Source: Amoebophrya sp. A120
Lineage: Eukaryota > Protista > Dinoflagellata
Assembly: GCA_905178155.1 (NCBI GenBank)
Contig: CAJINV010000002.1
Span: 8,575,224 to 8,639,223, forward strand
Direction: 5' to 3'
Length of the DNA: 64,000 bases
The translations under genes and the position numbers were made by a program. Numbering within the stretch: position 1 is the first letter of the stretch; the number at the start of each line of letters is the position of its first letter. Positions 1-12,276 of the stretch are shown in pieces. The notes beneath the pieces are model-generated. The model had not been told where the DNA came from and did no database searches. It worked only from the letters and a program-made list of their open reading frames with translations.

Positions 1-63
1 AAATCGAAAAAAAAATCTAGCTACTTTAGGTAATTTATCATCTATCTCATGAACTAGCTAGCT

Positions 64-686
64 CAGGTAGGGCGGTTTCGTGGTCTCGGTGTCTTGTCGG
101 ATATTGCCCTAAGGTGTATTTCTGCTTCCCCAGGGTCGGGAGTGTGTCCACCGCATACAGATGCCCCTTCTGCCACCGTCTTTGCTGCAGTGGGTGAGGT
201 TTTCAGCTGTGTTTTCGCTTTTCATATCATAAAGCATGGCAGCGGGCATGACACGGAATCTTTGGGGAGCCGAGAAGACGGGGTCCCTCCGGTCGACCAA
301 AAGTGGTCTTTCGGGGGGGCCCTCGGGGGGGCCTTTCTATCTGAGGACGAAATCTGCAAAATCGGCGTGTGCCACCGGTGCAAAAATCCTGTGAGAGCCC
401 AAAAATGGGCACTCGGGTTGGCCCGGAGGTGGGGGGGTAAGGGCCCCCCCCCCCGGGCCTTATCAGCTGAGGACGAAAATGCAAAAACTCAAGCATACCA
501 TGGTGACTAAAGTTTTACCGCGACACAAAAAAATTAATATACGATATTGCAAAGCCGCAGGCGCAATTTTGTGCCCGAAATCCGAAACCATTTCGGACAC
601 GTGTTCCCGCCCGATATCACCATGTTGGTCCCGCCCGATATCACCATGCCTGCTCGCAGCCGGGGACCTCGAAACCGCTCCACCTT
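64..686. mobile_element. MITE-like non-autonomous TIR element
   Basis: Left end caggtagggcggtttcgtggtctcgg matches the reverse complement of the right end (aaggtggagcggtttcgaggtccccg). Flanked on both sides by (t)agctagct (55-63, 686-694). No credible ORF. Internal duplications at 605-624/629-648 and near 341/467. Confidence 0.75.
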
Positions 687-2141
687 AGCTAGCTACTGAA
701 TTATATAGTTATTTATGCATGGAAACTAGCTGGCTTTTTTTTTGGAAAAATTTGAAACTTCACATCTGAGGACCTCATAACTGGTGGATCTAACTTACAA
801 GAATGTTCTTACTTGTCTCAATCCTTGTTTCGGTTTCCAAAACGACGAGAACTTCACACCTACTTGTCGACTCAATGTTGAAATATTGAACTAGCTCGTA
901 GGCCGAATAGGTATTCAAATTCAATCATGATGATCACGAAAATCAATCATACATACACCTCCACCATGATCGATAGAAGTTACATAGGGACATGAACTCC
1001 TGTGTCATTTCAAGAATCAAACCATTGTCAGATGCCAGAATTTGAATTCCGACCAAATGGATCCATTTTGACTGACCAACACGACCGACTACTTCTACCA
1101 CTACTTCTGCCCGATATTGAATATTCCAGCACGAGAATTTAGTATTCCGCAAGAAGAGAGCCGATGGCTTGCACTGAACCGACAGATATCGATATCCTCA
1201 GTTTTCATCGAACTTGAACGCACGATCCTCGTTGCGATGATCCTTGCCATTTCAAGTTATTTCCCGTGAGATTCACGCAGGCACTACTTGTACTACTTCC
1301 ACTTCGCGAAATACCAATCAATGGATCTGAAGGCTCCGAGCCGAACATTAGAGGTGCACTCAAAATTGAGTGAGCGACAAGACTGGGCGAGACCACGACC
1401 ACAGGTGCGCGGCTTGTACGGACCTTTTGCTTTTGCTGGAGGTGGAGGAAGTGAGTATTTATGTCTTTCTTTCGTTTACGGTTTACGTTTTTGGTGACAA
1501 ATTTGTGTGAAGTGTGAGAGTGAGAGGGGCACACTCACATGAAGCCCACGTGACTGGGTATAGATACGATAAAAATAAAATGCAAGGAGCGGTTTAGATT
1601 CTAATTAGAAACAACTCGTCAGCGCTTCTTAATCAATTTCACGCTCGTCAACTTCAAGCGAATTCTTGTCCTCTCACCATAAGGCACGGAAAATGTTGCA
1701 GTCTTACCCATGATAGATATTCAAAATCATGCTCTAATTCTTTAAACTAACTACATCATACAACATTGATTCTACATCATACAAAACAGTGCTCGTCACG
1801 GAAAAACCCACCAGACCGAGCACTACATCGAAAACGGCAAAGGCAATAATTTGCTGTTCTTACAAGAAGCGGCTTCAACTTTACGATGGCTACGGCTCTT
1901 TCCAAAAAATTTTTGCTCATCTTAAGTGAGCAAAATCCTATCCTTAACAGCCTTAGGCACACAGCTGCAGCTCTCTCTTCCTGCACATTCTCCATTCATG
2001 CGAAGCACCATCTTCACAGTATGTAAGTACTATGCACGACCATCAGGGTGTCGGGCAACGACGGCACCGGATAAACCGAAAACCTCGCCAGTCGATAACC
2101 GCTTCTCTCATTCCTGTTGGACAGGAAGCGCCTGGGACTAC

Positions 2142-3489
2142 TTAACGCGCAAGCGCGTCTTTCACCCGCTCTATTCTCGAACTCAACTTTTGCTTCCTCT
2201 CCGCATTTCCACCTTCACTTGTTATCGTATTCAGTTTTTCCGACAGTTGGTCCAGCACGTGATCCACGAACATTTTCCTCGACACCAGCACGTGCTCCCC
2301 GAAGAAAAACACCACAATGGGGTCCCGGACTTCTTTGTGCGCGCGAGTCAGCGAAGTTTCCGTGAAGAAGACTTGCGTTTCCGTCGCTGAATTCCGCGAG
2401 TCGTCTTGTTCAGGGACCAGGATACCATACGAGACACCGGTCTCTCCTGGAGGGCGCACGGACAAAACATCCTTCACCACACGCAGTGCGTGACTTGCGC
2501 TTGTGATGTGCTGACTCCACAGAATCTCCGGCTGCTCGTTGTGGACTTGTTCCGCCGCACTCGCATTACGCAGGTAAAACTCAACAAATCCGGAGAGTTT
2601 TTTGCCCATCTCCTCCAGGAAAAGGCACTGGTGGTCGACTTTGACGCGTCTATAGTAAATGCGCGGCTCGCCGTCGAGGCCCTGCGACGCATGGTAAGAG
2701 TCCCCCCACAGTAGGTCTACTTCGTCTCCGTCTTTCTTTTGCTCCTCCGTCAGGCTTCTGATTCTCACTAATTTACCCGCTGCTGTCTTCATTTTTTATC
2801 ATTTCCTGTCCGATTTTTTCTACTCGCTTGGCGACATCGTCGACTTGTTCTTCGCGTGCCGCGTCCGAGTCCTCGTGGTTCCCTCCGCTCGTCGGAGATG
2901 CTGCCAGCAGAGAGGCCGCGGGAGGCCTGGACCGAATCGGAGTTCTTGTTCGTGATCGAGACCGCGAACCGCCTGCGGGTCGCTGTTCAGCACGCCCATG
3001 ACCACGACCTGCTAGAACGCCGGCTGCAGGCCGCGGTGGAGCCGCGCGCGCGCCGGGAAAGGCGATTGTCATGAGATCAACATGCTCCTCTTCGGACGGC
3101 GGACTCGCAGGCGTAGCTCCTGCTTCGTCTGGATGTGAATCAGAATCTTCAGACTCCGAAGACTCGGTCTGGCTGTTTAGGCTGATTGAAGAGAGGCTTT
3201 TGCTATGACCATGACCAGCGCTTCTTCCTCTAGCATGCGCGGTCTCGTCCTCCGTACGACCGGGAAGGCGATCACCTAAGAACCCCGGCGAGTCTGAGTC
3301 ATCTCTGAAAGACGACTCCGCGATGCTCAGCGAGCCGGTACGTCGTGCCCGCTTTTCCTTCGCCGGGCCACCGAGTCCTGGCCAAGTTCCGGCAGGTGAC
3401 CAAACCGAACATTTCAACGCCTGCGCCGACTCGATGAAACAACTTTTTGTCAATTGAGACACCACAAGAAGGAGCGTCGTCCTCGTCAT
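2142..3489 (-). CDS. Hypothetical protein; two overlapping ORFs offset by one frame near 2760-2795
   Basis: ORFs 2773-3489 and 2142-2792 read as one protein-like sequence (Ser/Arg/acidic region then a globular region). No recognised domain; ends uncertain. Confidence 0.4.
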
Positions 3490-4881
3490 TTTCGGTTTTG
3501 CAATACTGGAGATGTACTATGTTCAATATTACGGTGCAATTAGTATACTCTCGATGTTCGAGAACCACAATAAGAGAATCTTGCTTGATGGATTTTTTTG
3601 TTTATTTTCCTTTCCGTGTTATTATTCAAGTTCAACTTGAATTTCTTAATTATTACTTGCGCATAATCATGTCAGCAGAAAATGGAAGGGCTAGCAACGG
3701 GACGAGAGTAGAACATCAAGATATAAATGCTCAACAAGTCGGGACCTAACCGTAACCCATTCACATCAAGTTAAATATTGTCTTGACAAGACAACGATCA
3801 AAATCCTGAACAATAGATGCGGTCATTCAATATTTTGGAAGAAGTATACACACTTTTCGAGCTTGGGAGGAGTTCTTACCAAAAGCACCACGCAGAAAGG
3901 CTTTAGACGTCGTCACCAACAACTCATCCGTCGTCATTTGCGTTTCTGCTGCGAACGAAAATGCATTTCAAATTAGAATTACGAGGAGCGTCGGATTTGA
4001 GCTAACTGATCCCTTCACGTCTTATCTTTCCTGAACTCGCGAAGAACTTCGTCATTTGTGATTTTGACCTTGACCATGACCTCCAAAACCAAATTTCACA
4101 TGGATCCAATTCCACCAAAGTCCAACTTTTTTATTAGCTTCAGTCATGCTCATGTGGGAAATCATCAATGCTACAAATATACAATCCCCATCCGGTGAGC
4201 ATTACTGGGCGCGGGCGCGGCGGGCTCGCGGCGGGCATTGACGGTGCTTGCCAAGTGGTAGACATGTCAAATACGTCGTGTGGTTCTGCATTGGTCCAAA
4301 GATTCTCGTACTTTATCATTCAGGCATTTTTTCAAATTGTAAAACATAGCGTCACCTAACGCTGTAAATATCAGAGATGTTCGGTTCGAAGCTGCATGTC
4401 CTCGCAACACGACAATATTGATACAAAAAGTTCATTTTGCACGACAAAACGCTCGTCGGGGATGTGGCTAAAAACATTGTTCATTAGGTTCCAAAGTGGG
4501 GGGCTGTATGACGAACGTACTTGTGTGTGAGCTTTCTTCTTTTAACGCTCCAAAAATTCGTAGTCCGCTAGAACAAGAATGTTTGTTCCATTCCTACTCT
4601 AATGTGATGCAAAGTTAGACACAGGTGCAATTAGAATATCAAACGCTTTATCATCATCTTAAATGGGATTTATTTGATTATGGGCACAGTGACAGTTGTT
4701 TTCATCGAATCAATTTTGGTACTGAAGAGGATTTTTCGGATTAGTTACGGGTGCATAACCTTGTCCCCAGGTAGAGGTCGTCCTCGTGGTCATGGCGATG
4801 GGTCAACAAGAAAGAGTGGATTGTTCGCTTATATATTTGGTGATGCGCTCAAAACATATATTCGATGCTGACACGTACCTA

Positions 4882-7865
4882 CTACTTCGGCATCGGCGGC
4901 ATTCCTTCCGTTCCTTTGAACGGGCTTCCCCGAGAGGCGGCGCTCAAGACTTTATTTGCCTTGATCTTCTGCGCGAATATCCAGGAAAAAACAACCATCC
5001 CCATCAAATTTGTCATGCAAAACATACATATAAAATCTGTGTTTGTCATGCAAAAAATGGATGTGGATGGGTTTTTTTCTCTGGATAGCGAACTTGCTCA
5101 CCGTAGAGGAAGTAGGGGCTCCACCCGCACCAGCCGGCGCCGCTCCGTTGGAGCTGCTGCTACTGACGGCGTCCTCTTTTTCCTGCTCCTCCGCGAGTTT
5201 CTTCGCTGACGCTGCCAAAACGTCGGCTGCTGTAGCGGATGAGGAGGAGTTGCTGCCGAGAAGCGGTTGATGGCTCTCCCCGCTGTTCCGCGTGGACATC
5301 TTGCCGCTGCGACTGGACTTCTTCATCATACCAACACGGAAGCGCTGCTGCGGAGAGGGTGACTTTTCAACAGTTTCAATCAAAACGGAAAGATGACCCT
5401 CGAGCTGCAAATCCGCCTTCTCAAGGTACTGCTCTTCGTCCACCGCGACGACGTTTTCCACCAACGACTCGATCAGTTTCTCGTGGTAGGGAGCGGACTT
5501 CAGGAACGTCTCGGCCGGCATGATTTTGTGGTCCGTGATGTAATCGGCAAACTTCCGCGCCCACTCGATCTGCCGCAGGTTCCTCTCCGCCAGGTGCTTG
5601 CGCGAACGCAGGGAATCCAGCTTCTTCGCGCCGAGAACTTTTATCTGATAGTTAGAGGAGGCACACAACGATTTTCATGCTTTTGCATTCAATTTCATCA
5701 AGCCAGATCACTTTAGGAGAATATGATATCTTACAAAATCTTGCTTGTCCTTCTCGTCGGCTGATCGGCCTGGAAAGAAGAAAAAAAAGGAATCTCAAAC
5801 AGGAACAAAAGTACCTGCAGCTCCAGTTCCCTCGCTCTTTTCGCCGCACTTTCGAGCAACTCCTCGATGTTTGACTCTACTTCAGCGGACCGCTCGTCGA
5901 TTTTACTCATCTGTAGTTTGAGGTTGTCCGTAGCATCGTCGACGTATTCCGGCATCTTCATCATCTCCTTACGAACCTGCTCGTATCGCTCGCGGATGTG
6001 CGTCAGCGTGTGGGTTGCAGCTCGACCTGAAAAAAAAACATGCAGCAATAGTGATTCTCGCCGAATATTTTCTTTGCAACAAAGTGCAAGACTTCTAAGC
6101 CACTACATTCATAACAACCGAAGAGATCCACGTCACGACGTCGCACTCACATCATTATCTGCACCTTTTGAGTGGCTTCCGCTGACCTTGCACGCAACGC
6201 AGAGGGCCTTCTTGCAGTCCAAGCACCACCACTCGGCTTTTCTTTCGTTATGGAGTGCGCAATGTGCGAACGTGGGCTTCATGTCGCTCAGAGGCCTGGT
6301 GTATGATGGTCAGCAAATGAGGTTTGCTCGACATTCAGAGACATGAGTTGCCAAATGAAAATGAGATTGCGAATATCAAAATAAACGTAAACCACGCATG
6401 AGCAAATAAATCATAAAATCAAATACACGACTGTCCTCTGCTCCTTCATCATAGGCAATTTGTCGAAGAGATCGTCCAAGCACGCCTTGCAAAATGCCCA
6501 GCCGTCCTCTTCGATGCAAAACTCGGCTGTTTTTCATTTTGAGAAATCTGTAAAGTATTGTACCCACATCAGCCCGCTAAACACGAAGAGACATCAAAAT
6601 CGTCGCAGAGAGAACGAAGGAAGATCATCTTCATCATGGAAGCTTCACTTTATATACACCGTACCTGGTCTTTTGTTGTCTCCTTTGCAGCTTCCGCACC
6701 ACGTTACCGGCTTGTCGATATCCTCCTCGTCTACGCCGCCGCCCGCCCCGTCGCCGCCAATCATGGTTTTTGGATTTAAGCCGAATTCCAAGTAGTATTC
6801 CGGCACGATTTGCGTGTGATCGCGGATCACGTAGGTCGCACGGAAATCCTGGGGCGAATTCTTCTGCAGTAAGACCATACTGTCGTACTCGTCCGGAATC
6901 TGGTTACACAGAAAATAGGACTCGTCGTAGGTAACGAAGGGTTTCCTGGATTTTTTTGTGTTTGCTTGCGGACATCATGATCATTTTCAAAGCCTTCCAT
7001 CCTTGTACTTACAATAAGAAAGCAGAAGCACCTTCAAAATCCAACCCCCGAGAATAAATTGAAGGCATTCATTCATCGCATTATCATACCTGACAAGTAG
7101 TTTACATCTTAGCAGCGCTCTGGGCAGGTATTCGGCTGCGTTTCGCTCCTCACGCGGTATTTTTGGCGCCGACACACCGGCAGTGCTGCTGCTGCTGCTG
7201 CTGCTTGGCAAACCTGGGATTTTTGCGGAAGAAGCAGTGCTGCTGGCGCCGACGACGGAGGAAACTGGCGTGCACTCGTCGTCCGCAATGTCCTCCTCTT
7301 CGATCTTTACTGGCGTGTTCATGGCATCCTGCTTCACCAGTTGCGCAATGTTACCAACGTGGATTTTCACCGTGTCGCGTGGCTTGAACCCCTTCGACGC
7401 GATGGTGTCTAATCTGGAGCGGAACTCACTGGCAAGAACGTATCCGTTCACAACTTTTATCCTTTTGTTGCCGTCCGACATCTGCTTGCGACCAAAGTCG
7501 CGGACCAAGCTCGGGGTGACCTGTTGTGAGTTTCTTTATGCTTCGCAGCTGAGCACTCGGCAAACAACTAGAGGACGTGATCCGTGAGCGGCGGGGCACC
7601 TGTTCAAGATGATCAACTTGCTGCTGCAAGCACGACCATCTTCGTCACATCAAGCAGGGCAATTATAGCACACTCATTTCTTCATCTTCGTGCAGCATCA
7701 AAGGAATACATCGCATTCAAACGCCCTCTCCAACTCTAACTGCGGATCACGGCAAGCGCAGCGGAGGGCGTACGCTATTGGCGCCACCGTGTCACCCGTT
7801 ACTTCCATCAGCGGCAAGCGGCTATTTGCGTCCGGCATGATCGCTTTGGCGAGCGAGGACGCCAT
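4882..7865 (-). CDS. PARP-like (ADP-ribosyltransferase fold) + tandem B-box + coiled-coil protein, ~652 aa
   Basis: GT-AG introns 7521-7709, 6946-7089, 6527-6664, 6296-6426, 6027-6164, 5645-5814 plus a 115-nt non-canonical intron give a 1959-nt open frame. Motifs: LLRCKLLV..PDEYDS..TYVIRDHTQIVPEYYLEF; WCGSC..FCIEEDGWAFCKAC; CALH..WCLDCKKALCVAC..H..H. Confidence 0.75.
4978..5087 (-). mobile_element. IR-bounded introner-like non-canonical intron (110 bp + 5-bp direct repeat)
   Basis: tatccaggaaaaaacaaccatcc...ggatgggtttttttctctggata; gcgaa at 4973-4977 and 5088-5092. Removal gives SKFAQKIKANK...PMPK*. Confidence 0.85.
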
Positions 7866-8289
7866 GGTCGGCAGCGGCTTCTTAGGTTGATGATGTACAC
7901 GGTTTTCTCGTATTGATTCTACATGTACGTAGGGTGTGCAATACCTCCGACTCTCCCCGGTGCGTGATTGCAAATTATTTCGCTGACATAGAATCTGAAT
8001 CGTATCAATTTTGCATAGCGCAGATATACTTGGTTCGCAACCACATTTTAGAAAATCTTTCTCATCTTTACAACCTTCGCCCTCACTACACTTCGTCCTC
8101 CAGTCATTCCCTCATAATATCCTCTGTCAGGGGCTGACTTTGCTCCACACCAAGGACATTCACAAACAGTAAAAGAGCCAAACTCACGGCTGTCAGCTTC
8201 GGGAGGTTTCGCCTTCATTAAGACGAACAGTCGGGAACGGAACACAGACACAACTGCATTTTTCGGCCCCTGTCAACAAAAGCAAAACA

Positions 8290-9807
8290 TGGAGCATGAC
8301 GAGCACAAGAAACGTCAAAGACCCGGAGCTGGGAGCGGGGTAACAGACATACCAGCGGCAGCCAGGCAGCCCCACTGGAAAAGGCTGCCAGCAAATCCAT
8401 CGAAGGAATCAGCTTCGCGCCTGGCAAATGACAGCCGCGCCACTGCCCAAATAATGCAAGCCCACTGGCTGCGCCGCGACGGCGGCGCCGGCCCTGCTTT
8501 CCCCGCCGGCCGGCGCGCGCCGCGGCGCCTGGGCATGGCAGAGACGACGGGCGCCAAGGCATGCTGTTGCAGAGATGCCGCCTCGATCCCCATCCTCCCG
8601 CAACGCCGCGGAAGCTGTTGCGGTAGGTGGTCTGCAAACCAATGCCCGCCGAGAAGTCCCCCGGCGGCGTCGTCGCCTCTGTCACTCTTCGATGTGCGCG
8701 GCGCGGTTCGCGGGCGCGAAGCCACTGGCCGGCGCGCAAAACAAACGCCCGCCGGATCTTGTAAAGCGGCCGCAGCTTCGGCAATCCTTTTGGCCGTGGT
8801 GGGATGGGCTGGCAACACGAGAAGAGGCACCAGAGAGAGCCCCCGCAGGTCACTCTTGCAGGGCTGGGCCGGGGGGCAACAATCGACCCGGGGCCGCGTC
8901 GGGCGCTGCGTGCTGGGCCAATAGCTTCGAGGGCCAAAACTCCGCGCCTCCGATGGATTGCCACCGGGCGAGCCGCCAAAGCCATTGCGGGAAACGGCGG
9001 GCATCAGCGAGCGCAGAAATGGTTGGCCGGCGGGCCACCGGGCCATCCACAAGGGCTTGGCGACAAGCCACACCCAGAGGGGTCTGGCACACAGGCAATT
9101 TCAGCCCCCGCCGAAGCGGCGATCGTTCGACAGTGCTGGTAGCGGCGACCAACCGAATCCGGCGCCAGAGCAGCACGGGCGCCACAACATCCGCCACAGC
9201 GCGGGCGCTACGCCACCCAGAAACTCCACGACACAAACGGCCTCCATCACCGCCGGCCCCCCCCGCGTCCCCGCGAGGCCGATGCCCATACTTCCTGCGC
9301 CTCCGCTGGCGAAGCTGCGAGGCAGACAGGGTCGGCGGGCTGCGATCACACGAGCAGGCACTGTCAGGGTGAGTCAAGGCGAAGCGCACTGCTGGGCGAA
9401 CGCGCGCACGCGTCGCAGTGCATGGCCGAAGGTGTTCAGCAGCGTGCCCCCGTTACCCGCGCCGACCTCGGGGGCCAGCGTCGTCCTGAACATGGAGACG
9501 ACGAGCGGCAACTCCGCCAGGGCCGCAAGCGGGGGCGGCTCGCTGGGGGCGGTTCCCGCAGTTCCCCCCGCAGGCTTGCGATGGCTCTCCCTGGTCCGGC
9601 GACTCTCTTCACCAGGATCAGGGGCCTTGGCCTTGGCGGGCATTGCGTCTCTCTTCAACATTCTGGGCCGTCGAGTATCCTCTTCCTGCCCCGAAAAGAT
9701 TCCGGCGATCCCGAGGCGCTGCACTTCGCCGCGACCAAGGCGCCGGCATTCCGCTCGTCGTGACGAACTCACCACAGCACTAGCGCCGCCGGAGGTAGCA
9801 CATCCTG
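8290..9807. other. GC-rich island with degenerate overlapping ORFs (possible decayed mobile element)
   Basis: Abrupt GC rise, long Ala/Gly/Pro/Arg ORFs in many frames, no recognisable domain; abuts a TIR element. Confidence 0.4.
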
Positions 9808-11319
9808 TGCAAATGTGCCCAGGGGGTAGGATACACACAAAGAAATGTAGGAAAAAGGTGGAAAAAAGTAGGTGCTGAGGTTGGTGGCGAAGCTGGTGCC
9901 GAAGTTAGTGCCGAAGTTGGTGCCGAAGCTGGTGCCGAAGCTGGTGCCGAAGCTGGTGCTGAAGGTTCCGCAGCTCAGAAGCCCGAACCCCCGGGGCGGC
10001 GCTTCGTTGGGCCAGAGGTAGGCCGAGCCGGCTAGGCCCGCCGGAGCTGGGCCAGGGATAGACTTGCCCGGCCAGGGGCTGGGCCAGGCGTGGGACCCGA
10101 TGTACCGCTAGGTGCGGCGCCGGGCGGGGGTGGGGCAAGAGGCTGTGCGATAGGGTGGGCAGCCAGGAGTGAGGCTGGCGCTGGGCGCCCAGGGGCTCGG
10201 CCAACGGTTGGCCCACAGTGCAAGACAAAGCACCGGACGAAGGAAAATATCCACAAATGGAAAGCGGAGCCCAAATACGCACAAGCAGGAGTCTTTGCAG
10301 CCAACACGCAGGAAACTATTGCGTGTGGGCTGCAGAGGTTCGCCCTTGTGGGCAATTTCCCCGCACGCCATACCATCGCCTCTTGCAGTTTCTTTATCGC
10401 CCAAGGCGGATCGCTTCTCGAACAAGTTTGCATCTCGGTCGCCAACGCGGAGAGCTGGCAGAGAAGCTGGTAGGAAAGCTCTCTACCAGCTTCTCCACCA
10501 GCTTCTCCGACCGCAATCTGCTCGGTCCTTCACGCAAAGTAGCAAATTACTGCAATAAAAAATGTTTTTCTTGCGCGAACATCATCGCACTTCCAAACGC
10601 CTTCGCTCTTTCGACGAAGGTGCTTGAAGGTGCGGCGCTGAGGTGAAAAGGACCTGCAAGGCCTTGGGTGAGGAGCGTGCGCAGGATTTGGAAAAGCGCG
10701 ACGAATACGCAAGCTGCTGCGTACTCAAAAAGAGCCATGCTATGATGGCGCGCTTGCGTGCAACTGTAAAGCTTTGCAGCCAGCACGCCGCAATTCGTTG
10801 CGTGCTGGCTGCAAAGACTTAAAAATCCGGCTCATTCGAGCCTTAAGTTGTTGCACCGACCCAAACAAACCAGCGCAGGAACAGGCAGGCACGTAGGCCA
10901 CAACGCAAGGCGCGATTGGTATTTCGGGCGGGCTTTTCGGGCTACGCCGAGAAATTTGCTCCAGTTTCCACTTTCAGCCACGGGCCCCAGAACTTTTGGG
11001 CTTGCTGCCGCTGGGAAAAGCGCGGCAGCAGCAGGTGGAAGCCTGCTCTTGACAACGGCCCCCACGTGGACTTCATGGCGAGACGACTAGCGGCGCAGCA
11101 CCTTCATCGCGCAACACAAAATTGAAAAGCCAAATAGCATGCGCACAGAACAGAGGAAGCGCAGAAGCCATAGCGCAATAAATGCAGGCCTATGGACTGC
11201 GCAACTGGGCCCAAAGCTCTGCAATTTTTTTGCAACAAATATGCCAAAAGTGCAAAAAAAGCTGTATTTTTATCAGCCCAAAAGCTTTGGGCTTACCCTA
11301 CCCCCTGGGCACATTTGCA
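9808..11319. mobile_element. 1.5-kb non-autonomous element with perfect 23-bp terminal inverted repeats
   Basis: tgcaaatgtgcccagggggtagg (9808-9830) is the exact reverse complement of 11297-11319. Internal tandem repeat and hairpins; no transposase motif seen. Confidence 0.75.
9871..9966. repeat. 12-bp tandem repeat, 8 units, consensus ggtgccgaagct
   Basis: Units read directly at 12-bp period from 9871 to 9966. Confidence 0.95.
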
Positions 11320-12276
11320 TTTGATATAGCAAGCACTCAATCAACAAAGCCAGGCAGCCCCTTCATCTTGGGAATCAATGTATTGTGCCGGATTTCAAGA
11401 ATACAGAAAAATGAAAACGCTGAAGCTCTTCTACATCATGCACGTTGAAAATTCATATACATAGATGGCCAGAACGCGCGCAAGGTGCTTGCAAGCGGCA
11501 ACAACTCAAAACTTACACTCATAGACGGCGACGTTTCGGCTTCCTCGTCTCTCAAACTGCCTGCCGCGGAAAAACACTACTACAGGATCTTTCACTTGTT
11601 TTGCCGACTACTCGTCCAACGGTGTGACCAATGATCTGCGCCTGCGGTAGTAGTAGGTACTAAGCCAACACACCATAAGCATCTTGGAACGCCAAGCAGA
11701 GTCGAGGCTGCGAACAAAAAAAAGAAACGGAGGCGACCTTCTCTTATCTGTGAGTCAGACATTCGGCCAAATATTTGTGATACCAAAAGGCAATACTGAT
11801 GAATGTGTCGCAGAAAACGGTTCGGATTTCGATTTGATACAACAAACGAGTGGAGTTTTTTTAAAATGTGACACTGACACGACAACGCACGGTGCATACT
11901 GCACCTGCACATACCTTGATCCAGATCTTTCGCCAAGGGTAGATCAATATTTCTTTTCGCAAAAAATAAACACTAGAGGTGTGTTGAACTAGAAGTTCTG
12001 AAAAGACAACATAATTACAAGCCATACAGGTTTTTACAAGAATCACTGACCAAAAGCAAAACGCCTATATGCATAATCTGGTGTCGTTGTTGTTAGATCA
12101 AACTTGTATTTCTCTCTATAGCAGGCGTCGAAATTTTATGATTCCTATCCCGGTTCATTATATTCGTGGTACAACTCTCTATTGATAAAAATCCTTATCG
12201 TTGCAAAAAATCTAGAGTTCAGCCGAAGTGGATGCAACGAGTTGCGTCTACTCCTCAGGAAGTAGCAGTCTGCCGA

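Noticed and set aside
1870-1896. Minus-strand ccgtagccat resembling the dinoflagellate spliced leader
   Set aside because: Only 10 contiguous nt match, the rest diverges, and it is not at an evident gene start.
5770-5814. 45-nt GT-AG intron
   Set aside because: The exon that would follow hits a stop; the longer intron 5645-5814 gives a continuous frame.
9871-9966. Repeat array as a CRISPR
   Set aside because: Contiguous 12-bp units without spacers, eukaryotic context, no cas genes.
11684-11992. Plus-strand 102-aa ORF with protein-like composition
   Set aside because: No ATG start, no recognised domain, and opposite to all supported genes; cannot be supported without expression data.
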